Notes: generated by a model from the letters alone, not told the origin. Numbered from the stretch's first letter, positions 11,501 through 23,524 are shown. The stretch: DNA of 64,000 nt from Chlamydiales bacterium (GCA_965206695.1 CBDBKM010000011.1:288001-352000); one strand, 5' to 3'. Numbers and translations are program-made.

Positions 11501-14096
11501 TAGTACCTGTTATATTTGTTCTGTTTATTAATGATACGCGCTTTACCATTTTCGCCCAAAATTGGTCCGGTAAGAGTTAAATTTTTATAATTACAGGTGA
11601 TAGAGCTGCTTACTGTTCCGGTTTTTATATAGGTACCAATAGCTGCCACTCCTAACCCCGTTCCGGCATCAATTACCGGCTGTTAAGTTCAGATCTCCTA
11701 CCAAAGTCACTCCGGCAATGACATTAATAGAGCTTATAGTGATATCCAATTGATCTCCGGTTAAAGCCGTGTCGTTATAATATCCTATAACAGCATTGGA
11801 ACCGTTATCGGCTGTTAAATCAATTGTAAATAGTGATCTGTTTTGAACCTCCAGTAAAGGACAATTAACAGTAAAATTAGTAGCGGAAGTTGGCCGGGTT
11901 ATGAAAACCTATAATTGCACTGGATTGCGATCCCGGACCGGCAGCAAGTGTAATCGCTTTATCACTCATCAACCGGATACCGTTGATACAAGTAACGCCT
12001 CTAAGATTATTCGTAAATTCATTGCCATGCCCAATGATAGCTGTCGTATTAGCGGCATTACCTCCGGTTAAAGTTACTGTTTCGCCGATTAAGTTTGATG
12101 TAGTATTCGGAAACGTCACGTCACCAATAACGGTAATATTTGAAGTAGGCCCTGTTGGTGCATGCCCAATTTGCGCATAAGATCCCGATCCGGTAGAACT
12201 TCCTGTAAGTAAGACGTTGCCGGTAATCGCACTAAACAAAATATTACTCATAATACTCGTATTTCCGGTAGCCGTAGCTCCTACACCAATTTGCGCATAA
12301 CAATTACTTCCTGCTCCACCTGTTAGAGCTAAGTTTCGTCCAATATTGGTAACAGTAATATTCCCTTTAACCGATGAAATCTCAGCATGAGCACCTGTAG
12401 CAGTGCCTCCGGTTAATGTAAGATCTCTTGTAGCTGTTACAGTTAATGTTCCTTGGGCAGATACAATGGTAGCCGGTATCGTACCTGCTGTTAAAATTAA
12501 ATCTTGCCCGGCATCAAAACTCATATTACCTGTTGTCGAGGTTATCGATTCACGAATTTGAATGTCTCGATTAGCATCTAACACTAATCCTCCACCTGCC
12601 ACTGTGATAGGATTGGTAACCACAATATCATTTCGCGCATTCATCGTTAAAGTGGTAGCGCCGGTCCAAGTTATTGGGGTATTGACATTAATATCACCTA
12701 GACCTCCTCCGGTAGAGTCAAGATTCGTAACCGTTACATTATTCGAGCCTAAACCTGATACTCCCGTAAGATCAGCGACATCTAAATTGGCTGTGGCTGT
12801 AAGCTCGGGTAAGTAGGGATTGGCAAAAACCGGAGATGAAGCAGTAGCTGTTATGTTGATATCACTAGGATCTAATAGAAGAGTTCCTGTTTTTCCAAAT
12901 GGCGCTAGAGTAGAAATTTCTTTTGGATGATAGTCATAATGACCTTTGCCGGAAATTTCTATAAACCCTCCATTCCCTGATTTTTCTCCCCCTTTCGCTA
13001 AAACAGAACCAAAACAAAAGAGATCTTGATCGGACCAAACGATAACTGTTCCTCCATTACCTTCATGATTGGCACCGGCATTGAGTAAAACATTTTCTCC
13101 AATATCGGTTAATTTGGCATTTAAGATATTTGGATTATTTCCTTGATAATCACCTCCTATTAAAATTTTGCCACCACCAATATCTCCTGAAACATCAATA
13201 GTAGCTTCGTTATATAAATGAATATCTTTACCTAAAACGTGTACAACGCCTCCATGATCATTTGCATTTTTGGCAATGACATCTCCTGAAACCCCGATAT
13301 TACCGGCTTCTGTTGTTAAAAAAATGCGCCCGTCTTTTTCAACAACACCTTGTACTTTAATCGTTCCTGAGTGATTGATAGCTAAAGCATAAGGATTGCC
13401 TTCTGCATTTAATTCGGCTTGGATAGCTTCTAAGTGGCCTTTATTGTTAACATAGGAAGGGTTATCATTATCTTGTTTAGAACTCAGCTTAATAAAAATA
13501 CGCTTTTCATCCGTGGGCTTAAGTAACACTTCTTTTGCAGCAGCTAATGCTATCTCACCATTGGAAGCCATCATCTCTCCGGCGTTATCAACAAAGTGAC
13601 CGAGTAAGATGACATCACCGTGACGGGCTGTTAAAGTTCCATAATTGACAACCCCATTAAAAGTATTACCTTTAAATAGAAGATCTTTATTTTCCAGAAA
13701 GTCTTTATCCATGATATCTAGAGTCGAAGCCAGAAAAGCTGCCGTGTCCACAATAGCATCTTTTCCAAACACAACACCATTCGGATTGATCAAATACACA
13801 TAGCCATTCGCCTGCAAAGTCCCCATGATTTCACTGGCATTTTGAGTGACTACCCGATTTAACACACATGAATTGGTACTTGGCTGAATAAACTTAATGC
13901 ACTCATTTGCTTGGATGGAAAATTCATTCCAATTGATGATAGCTTGATGACTTGTCGTAACTTCTAAAGAATAACTGAGAGCATTTATGTTCGCCGTTCC
14001 GGCTACAACACTTGCTCCTTGGGGATTTGAAAATAGCATTTGATAACCGGAAAAAATTCCCAAAACGAATACAAGTGCTGTCAAAAACCATTTCAT
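5584..14096 (-). pseudogene. Filamentous haemagglutinin-like TpsA, broken into more than 10 ORFs
   Basis: Signal peptide and TPS domain (INWNEFSI, VLNRV, LINPNGVVFG, GTLLLDP); G/T/N-rich repeats (AQIG..IIGHGNE..IIGFHNP..GYYN) continue across frame switches. Confidence 0.88.
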
Positions 14097-14753
14097 TTTA
14101 TATAGACCTTATACAAATTAATACTTTTCTTAAGTTATGTGATAAAAGATGATGTATAACCATTTGAAAATAATTCCATAACAACTTTTTTTGTAAGATC
14201 AAAATCTATTAATGTCAGATCCATTTTTCTTAAGTAAAACTAGAGAAGTATTTTCTTACCTCTTCCTCTCCATTTTCGTCATCTTATGATTCAAAGGGAA
14301 TCTCTTAATCAGAGCTCTTCTAATTGTGATACTATTTTGCCTGCTTTTTCTTCACTCACGGTTGCAGCATAATTTCGACTACTATCTCTAATTGTGCTCG
14401 GTGAACTCATTTTTACCCTCTTACCAATCGCCTAGAAACACAGTATGATACAAGGAAGTCACTATTTTTTAATATGATTTTATAAATAAATTATTTTACT
14501 TTTTACTAATAGTGCCGGCAATCTCAAAGTTAGATTCATTTTTTAACTTACTGATTTTATGTCTTTTATACAGAAAATCCTTGTCTTTTTCAAAATTCTG
14601 ATTATCAAAAATTTTATGTTCTAAATATTTCATAACAAATTACTTAAACTCATAGTTTTTGAAATTAAAAAATTATCTCATAATAGATTTAAATAGCATT
14701 GTCTGTTACAATTATTAATAAGATTATTATTTTCTAATTAATAAAGGATTATT

Positions 14754-14996
14754 ATGATTAAAAATTTAAAAGACACTTTTACTAAAATAATTAGTGCCGG
14801 ATGGTGGGGATCTCTTATTGTACTGATCGCTGAATCATTATTGATAGATTGCGCCCCATTTGCTGCAGTACCCTGGGTTGGTCTTATTTTATTTGGAATC
14901 TTTCTGATTTTGAGTTTTACCCCTCTTTTCGATAGACAACATAAGTATTCTCCTTACAAACCTATCTACGAAGCAATAAAATCATTGAAAAATTAA
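14754..14996 (+). CDS. Small hypothetical membrane protein
   Basis: 80 aa, AAGGA RBS, two hydrophobic segments, followed by a terminator. Confidence 0.6.
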   Translation: MIKNLKDTFTKIISAGWWGSLIVLIAESLLIDCAPFAAVPWVGLILFGIFLILSFTPLFDRQHKYSPYKPIYEAIKSLKN

Positions 14997-15001
14997 GATG
15001 A

Positions 15002-15037
15002 AAAATAAGACCGGATCAATGAGCCGGTCTTATTTTT
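15002..15037. terminator. Bidirectional intrinsic terminator
   Basis: AAAAATAAGACCGG...CCGGTCTTATTTTT between convergent genes. Confidence 0.75.
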
Positions 15038-15044
15038 AATTGTT

Positions 15045-16418
15045 TTAGTCTTTGAATTCACCTACTAATGAATGGATACTCTGCTTAGCATCTCCAAAAA
15101 TCATATTGGTATTATCCTTGAAAAATAAAGGATTTTGAATACCTGCAAATCCTGAAGCCATCGATCTTTTAAAGACATAGACTTGTCTGGCTTTATCAAC
15201 ATTAATAATAGGCATTCCATAGATAGGACTGGTCTTATTTTCTCTGGCATCAGGGTTAACAACATCATTTGCTCCAATGACTAGACAAGCATCAACCGAT
15301 TCCATAACTTGATTCACGTCATCCATTTCAACCAGCTGATCATATGGAATACCGGCTTCTGCTAATAAAACATTCATATGGCCGGGCATCCTTCCTGCTA
15401 CAGGATGTATGGCATACTTAATATCACAGCCATTTTTTTCAAATAATTCTCCTAACTCTTTAACAACATGTTGAGCTTGCGCTACTGCTAAACCATATCC
15501 GGGTACAATAACAACCGATTTGGCAGCTTCCAAATAAAAATAGAGATCTTCGATAGAAGCAGATTTAGCTTCCCCTTGTACCTCATCACCTTTTTGTGCT
15601 GTTACAGACCCAAATCCGCTAAATAACACATTTTTCAATGAGCGGTTCATAGACTTACACATAATAGAGGTTAAGATAATACCACTAGCTCCTACCAAGG
15701 CTCCGGATACAATCAAAACATAGTTTTGTATGACAAAACCTGTTGCACAAGCAGCTAGACCGGAGTAGCTGTTTAAAAGAGAAATGACAACCGGCATATC
15801 TCCTCTGCCAATCGGAAGAACAGCCATTATACCCAGTAGAAAGGAAGTTGTTATAATAGCAAACAAGATCGGATAAGAACCGGCAGGCTGCATGGAAAAT
15901 AAGACACCGCAAACGACTAATCCGGAAATAAGAAGAAAGTTGAAAATATTTTGCCCAACAAACTTAAGTGGTCTACCGGTTATTTTTTCACTTAATTTAG
16001 CCCAAGCTAAGACACTTCCGGAAAAGGTAACTCCCCCTATTAAAATAGAAAGATAAATCGTAATCGCTGTAGAAAACCCTACATTTGGATCTAAATGGTA
16101 AACCGCCCAGCCCACTAATAAACTTGACAAACCACCAAAACCATTTAACAAAGCAACCATTTCAGGCATGGATGTCATCTGTACTCTTTTTGAAGCATAG
16201 ACTCCAATAGCAGAGCCTATAACTAATGAAATAACAATCCATGTATAATGGATAATGTCTTGACTAATCAAGACAGCAACGATAGCAATTAACATACCCC
16301 AAGCGGAAATCAAATTTCCTTTTCCGGCTGTTTTAGGATTACTTAATAACTTCAAACCCAATACAAACAATATTGCTGATAGTAGGTATGCGAAATTGAT
16401 AATTAGATCTCCGTACAT
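15045..16418 (-). CDS. pntB: NAD(P) transhydrogenase beta subunit
   Basis: VPGYGLAVAQAQ, HPVAGRMPGHMNVLLAEA, GANDVVNP. Confidence 0.97.
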   Translation of the reverse strand: MYGDLIINFAYLLSAILFVLGLKLLSNPKTAGKGNLISAWGMLIAIVAVLISQDIIHYTWIVISLVIGSAIGVYASKRVQMTSMPEMVALLNGFGGLSSLLVGWAVYHLDPNVGFSTAITIYLSILIGGVTFSGSVLAWAKLSEKITGRPLKFVGQNIFNFLLISGLVVCGVLFSMQPAGSYPILFAIITTSFLLGIMAVLPIGRGDMPVVISLLNSYSGLAACATGFVIQNYVLIVSGALVGASGIILTSIMCKSMNRSLKNVLFSGFGSVTAQKGDEVQGEAKSASIEDLYFYLEAAKSVVIVPGYGLAVAQAQHVVKELGELFEKNGCDIKYAIHPVAGRMPGHMNVLLAEAGIPYDQLVEMDDVNQVMESVDACLVIGANDVVNPDARENKTSPIYGMPIINVDKARQVYVFKRSMASGFAGIQNPLFFKDNTNMIFGDAKQSIHSLVGEFKD

Positions 16419-16442
16419 ATTATCACCTAAAGAATTAAAGCT

Positions 16443-16733
16443 TTATTTTTTTTTCTTAAACATAACAAGCATTCGGTTTGTAACCACATACCCCCCTACC
16501 ACATTGATCGTAGCAAAAATAACCGCCAGCATACCCAGAATAGTACTCACAGTTAAATTTGAACTAGATCCGGCAGAGATTAAAGCGCCTACTAATGTAA
16601 TCCCGGAGATAGCATTTGCCCCTGACATAAGAGGGGTATGCAATGTTGCCGGTACTTTAGAGATAAGTTCAAACCCCAAAAAAACAGATAAAACTAAAAC
16701 AAAAGATAAAAGGATGATAACTTGAAGATCCAT
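16443..16733 (-). CDS. pntA: NAD(P) transhydrogenase alpha subunit, part 2
   Basis: VPATLHTPLMSGANAISG motif. Confidence 0.95.
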   Translation of the reverse strand: MDLQVIILLSFVLVLSVFLGFELISKVPATLHTPLMSGANAISGITLVGALISAGSSSNLTVSTILGMLAVIFATINVVGGYVVTNRMLVMFKKKK

Positions 16734-17878
16734 TACTTATCTCCTTTATTTATTGATTGTTTAACCGCATCATTTTGAATAGCAAAGTCATGAGTGATCA
16801 AACAGTTTTTCAATAATTCATTATTTAAATTAAGTTCAAACATTTCTTTTGAAGAATCCGAAAAATGATTAATAAAATGATATAAATTCGTTGCATATAA
16901 TTGGCTCGCATGTTCTGAAACTCTGCCGGGAAGGTTTCCTATGCCTATAACCGAAACCCCATTGATCATAACAGTCTCATTTAATTTTGAGCCTTCAACA
17001 TTACCACCACTCTCAACTGCCATATCAACAACCACACTACCCGGCTGCATGCCTTCAACTATATCTTTATCTAAAATTCGAGGCGCTTTTCTTCCCATAA
17101 CTTGCGCGGTTGTAATGACAATATCTGATTTAGAACAGATCTTTTTCATCTCTTCTTTTTGTTTAGCCTGTTGCTCTTCTGTTAACGCTGTAGCATATCC
17201 GTCTTTTGTCTGACCTGTGTCACCTAAATCAATTTGCACAAAACGCGCACCTAATGATTTCACTTGCTCTTCTACAACGGGCCTTGTATCAAATGCTTCT
17301 ACTCGAGCGCCTAGACGTCTTGCCGTTGCAATGGCTTGCAAACCTGCCACACCTACACCAATAACAAACACTCTAGCAGGAGGAATAGTCCCGGCAGGGG
17401 TTGTCATCATAGGTAATATTTTTTTAAGCCGCTCAGCTGCCATAATAACCGCAACATACCCGGCCAAGTTAGCTTGAGAACTTAAAGCATCCATTTTCTG
17501 AAGCAGAGTTGTTCTAGGTAGCATTTCTAAACTAAAAGCGGAAATACCTTGCTTCATCATCTCATCGATGATCATATATTCATTAAATGGATCCAAAAAG
17601 CTTAAATGGATACACCCCTTTTTAAGTAAAGAGGTCTCTTCTTTTGAAAGATGACGAACACGCAAGACCATATCAGCAGATTTTAACAACGCTTGTCGGT
17701 CATTCGAGACTTCTGCACCGGCATTTCGATAGTCTTCATCGCTTGCTGAAATAGTATCTCCCAGGCTCGATTCAATCGCAACTTCTACATTTAGTTGTTT
17801 GAGCTTTTGAACAATTGAAGGGACCATGGCCACTCGTTTTTCGCCGGGAAAGACTTCTTTAGGAATAACAATTCTCAT
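16733..17878 (-). CDS. pntA: NAD(P) transhydrogenase alpha subunit, part 1
   Basis: Start MRIVIPKE after a GAGGTG RBS; GVGVAGLQAIATARRLGA, MDALSSQAN. Confidence 0.95.
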   Translation of the reverse strand: MRIVIPKEVFPGEKRVAMVPSIVQKLKQLNVEVAIESSLGDTISASDEDYRNAGAEVSNDRQALLKSADMVLRVRHLSKEETSLLKKGCIHLSFLDPFNEYMIIDEMMKQGISAFSLEMLPRTTLLQKMDALSSQANLAGYVAVIMAAERLKKILPMMTTPAGTIPPARVFVIGVGVAGLQAIATARRLGARVEAFDTRPVVEEQVKSLGARFVQIDLGDTGQTKDGYATALTEEQQAKQKEEMKKICSKSDIVITTAQVMGRKAPRILDKDIVEGMQPGSVVVDMAVESGGNVEGSKLNETVMINGVSVIGIGNLPGRVSEHASQLYATNLYHFINHFSDSSKEMFELNLNNELLKNCLITHDFAIQNDAVKQSINKGDK

Positions 17879-18014
17879 AAACACACCTCTCAATCTTATA
17901 TTCCGTTTATGGAACAAATCGCTGATATTCTTTAAGGATTTCAAGATTATAAGCATAGTATCCGGTTTTAAAGTCTAAAAAATCAACTTTTAATTTTGCC
18001 CGGTTTTTGATATA

Positions 18015-18950
18015 TAGTATTTTAATTTTTATTTGATAATATGTTATCCTTCTTTTTTTATACAAACAGTAAGGACAAAACAATGCCTAGAGCCTATTCA
18101 GTAGATCTTCGAGAGAAAGTATGACAACATATAGAAAAACATCATGATAAAAAAACAGCCGGCCATATTTTTCAAGTAGGTATCGCAACAATATATCGAT
18201 GGATCTTGCAAAAAAAGCAAAAAGGACATTTAAAACCAATCCGCAGAAAATATGCTTATAAGAAATTAGATGATGAGTTGTTATCTAAATATGTAGAAAA
18301 ACATCCGGATTATTTTTTATCGGAAATTGCTGATTATTTTTCAGTCACTCCGCAAACGATTTTTTATGCCCTTAAAAGATTAAAAATTACACGAAAAAAA
18401 AAACTACTCGCTATAAGGAAAGAGATGAAAAGAAACGGGAAGCTTTTATGAAAGATTTAAACAATATTCCCTTTGACAAGAGAACTTATCTCGATGAAAC
18501 CGGGATTCATCAATTTTTATTTCGTGAGTCCGGAAGAAGCTTACGCGGCAAAAAAGTTTTTGGAGCGGTTTCAGGAAACCGCTTTATAAGGCAAAATATT
18601 ATTTCAGCCCTATCTTAAAGGGCAGTTTTTATCTCCAATGTGTTTTGAAGGTACTTGTAATACCGGGTTATTCAATATTTGGCTTAAGGAAGTTTTGACT
18701 CCTCAGCTTACACCCGGTAGTGTTCTTATTCTTGACAATGCAGGTTTTCACAAGTCAGCGGAAAGCAGGAAAACAGTAGAATCTGCCGGTTGTAAGCTTA
18801 TGTTTCTTCCTCCATATTCTCCGGACTTAAATCCTATAGAAAAATATTGGGCTAATATGAAAAATAAAGTTAGAGAGATATTACGAAAAGTTACGAATTT
18901 TAAATTCGCCATTGATCAAGCAATCTTATCAATGTAAAATTAAATAACTA
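18015..18950 (+). mobile_element. IS630-family element, type A copy 1 (defective)
   Basis: TA-flanked TIRs TAGTATTTTAATTTT/AAAATTAAATAACTA; LPPYSPDLNPIE motif; in-frame TGA at codon 14 and an extra frameshift near 18615. Confidence 0.92.
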
Positions 18951-19290
18951 TATGTCATTTATAAATTAATTATTAATAATGAAATGACTCTACTTTCAAT
19001 TGAAAACAGCCCCCGGGCAGCAACCCTAAAAAACCTATTTCCATGTTATTTTGGTCATATTTTCTGATTCTATTGACTTTACTTTAATTATTACTATTTT
19101 AAAAACCATGATATTTGATCAAAACACATGCTAAGGGAAAAAAGAACTCTCCTTCTCCTTTTACTCTTTAAAATTAAAATATTAATTTAACTTTTAATAA
19201 AAAAAAGTATACAATATATTTTATATCAATTAGATTGTGTGTTTTCATTGTGAAGTGATCTTGTTTTAATCTTTAAAAAGGTAAATAATT

Positions 19291-20409
19291 ATGTCTACCG
19301 TTAATCAAGTAAATCAGCCCGGCATTGCTAAAAATACAAACTATGACTTTGATGTTTATGCTGATAACTGGAGTTATTGGAATCCGAAACATCGTGAACA
19401 ATATCCGAATATTTCCAAAAACTTACATGGAGTTGTCGCTTTTGGTGTCGTTAAATCAGATGGTTCATTTGATGATCGATATCCTTTAGGCCCGGCAAAA
19501 GATAAGTGGACTCAGGGGGCTCCTCCGGGATGTGACGGTCTTGCCATTGGCGGCTGGAACAATTCCCAAGCAAATGCAGGTCTTAATGAGGTACTGACCC
19601 GTCAAGATCCTAAAGCCCGCATCACCTTAATTACAAACATTATTAAGAATGCTAAGGAGTACGGATACAAAAGAGTTGTCATAGACTATGAAAACTATAT
19701 AAAGCCTCCGCCTGATAAAGCTTTATATACAAACTTTCTTAAAGAACTAAAGCAACAGCTACATGCTCAAAACCCACCGATACAGTTAGAAATTGCTATG
19801 TCTCCGGACCCGGCAAACCAACAATTTTATGATTTAAAAAAGTTAATTTCCAGTGGAACTGTCGATCATTTTCAAGTCATGTGTTATGATTATGCAAGAG
19901 GACAAGGCTCGCCCGTTAAAGTTGATGCTAATGCCGGTGTATCAGATACGCTGCAATTCTTAGAAAACCTCTTTCAAGATAATCCCGGACTGGAAAGTAA
20001 GGCTAAAATAGGTATTCCTCTTTATGGTCTAGAATATGATTTACCTGTCGGAATCACACCTGAACAAGTAGCTAGTGAATTAAAAGCCGGCACATTAACC
20101 GGTAGTTATGATACCGGCCCTACTCAAAGTGTTATCAAAGATGATGATATCAGCACAGAAATAGGTAACAATTGGGCCACTCCTGCAAATGGCTGGAAAT
20201 TACTTGAAGATGGCTCTACTCCTCCTAACTATTTTTATTACAACCACAAACAGAATAAAATCATCAGCGCCCTTCCTCCTCAAGCGGAAAAAAACTTTGC
20301 TGATATGATCAAAAAAAACTTTCCTCATGTAGTCGGCTTTTTTGGCTGGGAAGCACAAGGAGACTTTAACGGAAGTATGATGGAAAATCTGATTAATAAT
20401 TTTTCTTAA
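19291..20409 (+). CDS. Glycoside hydrolase family 18 (chitinase-like) protein
   Basis: AIGGWN, IDYE, VMCYDY, GIPLYG and GFFGWE motifs in GH18 order. Confidence 0.85.
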   Translation: MSTVNQVNQPGIAKNTNYDFDVYADNWSYWNPKHREQYPNISKNLHGVVAFGVVKSDGSFDDRYPLGPAKDKWTQGAPPGCDGLAIGGWNNSQANAGLNEVLTRQDPKARITLITNIIKNAKEYGYKRVVIDYENYIKPPPDKALYTNFLKELKQQLHAQNPPIQLEIAMSPDPANQQFYDLKKLISSGTVDHFQVMCYDYARGQGSPVKVDANAGVSDTLQFLENLFQDNPGLESKAKIGIPLYGLEYDLPVGITPEQVASELKAGTLTGSYDTGPTQSVIKDDDISTEIGNNWATPANGWKLLEDGSTPPNYFYYNHKQNKIISALPPQAEKNFADMIKKNFPHVVGFFGWEAQGDFNGSMMENLINNFS

Positions 20410-20420
20410 ACCTTATCAAT

Positions 20421-20462
20421 AAACCTATCAGATTAAGTAAAAAGCTTCTCTGATAGGTTTTG
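20421..20462 (+). terminator. Hairpin, probable terminator
   Basis: AAACCTATCAGA...TCTGATAGGTTT. Confidence 0.5.
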
Positions 20463-20660
20463 TCTATTCATCACTAAGCGTTTCTTATACATGCTTTAAA
20501 AATTGACGGATCATCTTTAGCCGGCTAATATCTTTTTTTCCAAAATTATTACTTTACTTTTTTTCTAGACAGATAGCTCTATTTAATATAGAAAGTTCAA
20601 AATAATACAAAATAAAAGTTATCTCCCTTTAATTGCTTTTTAAGAGAAGTAAGTAAGCCG

Positions 20661-21524
20661 ATGAAGATGAAATTTAAAATAATGATTTTAGCTCTGTTAG
20701 TGATTGCTGCGGTAGTATTAGGCACAGTATATGTTATGACTAATAATATTCCCGTATTAGAACCAAAAGGCATGATAGGGGTTAAAGAAAGAGATTTAAT
20801 TATCATCGCTTCTATACTGATGCTCATTGTGATGATTCCGGTATTTATCTTAACATTTATTTTTGCTTGGAAATATAGAGAAAATAATAAAAGAGCTAAG
20901 TATACCCCGGATTGGGAACATAATTATTTAGCTGAATTTTTATGGTGGGGTATCCCTGTCGTTATCATCGTTATACTCGCCATCTTTACTTGGTACTCCA
21001 GCCATGCGCTTAGTCCCTTTAAACCGATTGAAAGCGATAAAAAACCTCTTAAAATACAGGTCATTTCTCTGAATTGGAAATGGTTATTTCTATATCCGGA
21101 ACAAGGTATTGCAACGATTAACTACATTCAGGTTCCGGAGAAAACCCCTCTTAATTTTGAAATTACAAGTGATGCTCCGATGAATTCCTTTTGGATTCCT
21201 CAACTAGGAGGGCAAATTTATGCAATGCCCGCTATGACATCACAACTACATCTTATTGCAAATGAAATAGGCACTTACAAAGGGGTTTCATCAAATATTA
21301 GCGGAAAAGGATTTGCGGGTATGAGGTTCACTGTTAAATCTACTTCTCAAAGTGACTTTGATCAATGGGTAAAAAACGTACATCATTCTCCAAAACGACT
21401 TGATTTTAATGAATACCTAACACTCGTTCAACCCAGTGAATATGACCCGGTTGCTTTATATGTGTTAACACAAAGAGATCTATTTCAACGGATCATAAAA
21501 CAATATAGTGCGCCGGCACATTAA
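20661..21524 (+). CDS. cyoA: Cytochrome bo3 ubiquinol oxidase subunit II
   Basis: WKWLFLYP, MNSFWIPQLGGQIYAM. Confidence 0.96.
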   Translation: MKMKFKIMILALLVIAAVVLGTVYVMTNNIPVLEPKGMIGVKERDLIIIASILMLIVMIPVFILTFIFAWKYRENNKRAKYTPDWEHNYLAEFLWWGIPVVIIVILAIFTWYSSHALSPFKPIESDKKPLKIQVISLNWKWLFLYPEQGIATINYIQVPEKTPLNFEITSDAPMNSFWIPQLGGQIYAMPAMTSQLHLIANEIGTYKGVSSNISGKGFAGMRFTVKSTSQSDFDQWVKNVHHSPKRLDFNEYLTLVQPSEYDPVALYVLTQRDLFQRIIKQYSAPAH

Positions 21525-21553
21525 ATTAAAAAAATGAAAGTATAGGAAATAGC

Positions 21554-23524
21554 ATGGGAAACGGCATGTTTGGAAGACTCGGGACGGAAGCCCTGAAGCA
21601 TGATTATATTGAATATATAGCCGGCGTATCAATGCTCCTGGCTGCTATCTTTATTATCATATTGCTCACATACTTTCGTAAATGGAAATGGTTATGGAAA
21701 GAATGGATTACTTCCGTAGATCATAAAAAAATTGGAGTTATGTATCTTGTCGCTTCTTTTATCATGTTGCTTAAAGCTCTTGTTGATGCAGCTATGATGA
21801 GGGGGCAACAAGCTTTTGCTGCAGGCGATTCCTTTGGCTATTTAGGAGCTGAACATTTTCAGCAAATATTTACGGCCCATGGTGTGTCTATGATCTTTTT
21901 TGTAGCTATGGGACTGATCTTTGCTGTTATCAATTTAATTGTTCCCCTACAGATTGGAGCTCGTGATGTTGCATTTCCTTTTCTAAACTCCTTAAGTTTT
22001 TGGTTATTTGCTTCCGGATCCTTATATATTTATGTCTCTTTAGTTATCGGAGTTTTTGCAGGTACCGGTTGGACAGCTTACCCTCCCCTTTCCGGGCTAA
22101 AATATAATCCGGGAGTCGGTGTCGATTATTGGCTTTGGAGCATCCAGATTTCAGGGATTGGATCCTTAATCTCCGGTATTAACTTCTTTGTTACAATCTT
22201 AAAAATGCGATGTCCGGGGATGACCCTTATGAGAATGCCCATATTTGTTTGGGCAGCTTTTGCGACTATGATTTTGGTCATTTTCGCCTTCCCCGTATTA
22301 ACCGCAACTATTGGCATGCTTTCTACTGATAGATTACTTGATACGCATATCTTTACGTCTGAATTTGGGGGAAGCCCCATGATGTATGTTAACTTAATTT
22401 GGGCTTGGGGACATCCGGAAGTATATATCCTTGTTTTACCTGCTTTTGGGATTTTCTCCGAAGTCGTCCCTGTCTTTTCACAAAAACGTTTATTCGGTTA
22501 TACCACAATGGTATGGGCTATATTCGGTATCACCTTTTTATCTTTTATCGTCTGGTTGCACCATTTCTTCACTATGGGGGCAGGAGCAAATGTCAACGCT
22601 TTCTTCGGTATTATGACCATGATAATTGCAGTCCCCACCGGTGTGAAAATTTTTAATTGGATCTTTACCATGTTTAGAGGTCGGGTACAATTTACAAGCT
22701 CTATGTATTGGTTTTTAGGGTTTGTTGCCATTTTTACTTTAGGAGGTGTAACCGGTGTTTTAATGGCAGTACCTGCTATCGATTTCCAAGTACATAACAG
22801 CTTATTTTTGATCGCCCATTTTCATAATGTTATCATCGGAGGGGTTGTTTTTGGTCTCTTTTCCGGTTTTGCCTACTGGTTTCCTAAATTTACGGGTTTT
22901 AAACTAAATGAAACACTTGGGAAGTATGCCTTTTGGTGTTGGTTTATTGGATTTTTAGTGGCTTTCCTTCCCCTATACCTTTTAGGTTTCATGGGGGCCG
23001 GCAGACGTTTAAACCATTATGAAAATTTAGGCTGGCAACCTCTGTTTATCACTGCCGGCATCGGTGTTATTATAATACTCATCGGTGTTGGATTCCAAAT
23101 CTTACAAGTCTATATCAGCATTCGAAATCGAAACAAACACCGAGACACAACGGGCGACCCGTGGAACGGAAGAAACTTAGAATGGTCAACCACATCACCT
23201 CCTCCCTTTTATAATTTTGCAGTTATTCCTGAAGTTCATGGACGAGATGCCTTTTGGGCTGCAAAACAAGCAAAAACAACCGATAATACCCCCGTAAAAT
23301 ATGAAGATATCCATATGCCAAAAAATACATCTATCGGATTTTTTATCGGTGTATTTAGTTTCATTTTTGGCTTTGGATTAATCTGGCATATGTTTTGGCT
23401 TGCAGCCATTACAGGCATTGCGATGATTGTAGCTGTTATCAGTCGTCTTGCAGATAAAGACACCGATTATTATGTCAAAGCTGAAGAGGTAGAAAAAATT
23501 GAAAATAGGAAGCAAAACGCATGA
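21554..23524 (+). CDS. cyoB: Cytochrome bo3 ubiquinol oxidase subunit I
   Basis: WGHPEVY, WLHHFFTMG, AHFHNV. Confidence 0.98.
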   Translation: MGNGMFGRLGTEALKHDYIEYIAGVSMLLAAIFIIILLTYFRKWKWLWKEWITSVDHKKIGVMYLVASFIMLLKALVDAAMMRGQQAFAAGDSFGYLGAEHFQQIFTAHGVSMIFFVAMGLIFAVINLIVPLQIGARDVAFPFLNSLSFWLFASGSLYIYVSLVIGVFAGTGWTAYPPLSGLKYNPGVGVDYWLWSIQISGIGSLISGINFFVTILKMRCPGMTLMRMPIFVWAAFATMILVIFAFPVLTATIGMLSTDRLLDTHIFTSEFGGSPMMYVNLIWAWGHPEVYILVLPAFGIFSEVVPVFSQKRLFGYTTMVWAIFGITFLSFIVWLHHFFTMGAGANVNAFFGIMTMIIAVPTGVKIFNWIFTMFRGRVQFTSSMYWFLGFVAIFTLGGVTGVLMAVPAIDFQVHNSLFLIAHFHNVIIGGVVFGLFSGFAYWFPKFTGFKLNETLGKYAFWCWFIGFLVAFLPLYLLGFMGAGRRLNHYENLGWQPLFITAGIGVIIILIGVGFQILQVYISIRNRNKHRDTTGDPWNGRNLEWSTTSPPPFYNFAVIPEVHGRDAFWAAKQAKTTDNTPVKYEDIHMPKNTSIGFFIGVFSFIFGFGLIWHMFWLAAITGIAMIVAVISRLADKDTDYYVKAEEVEKIENRKQNA

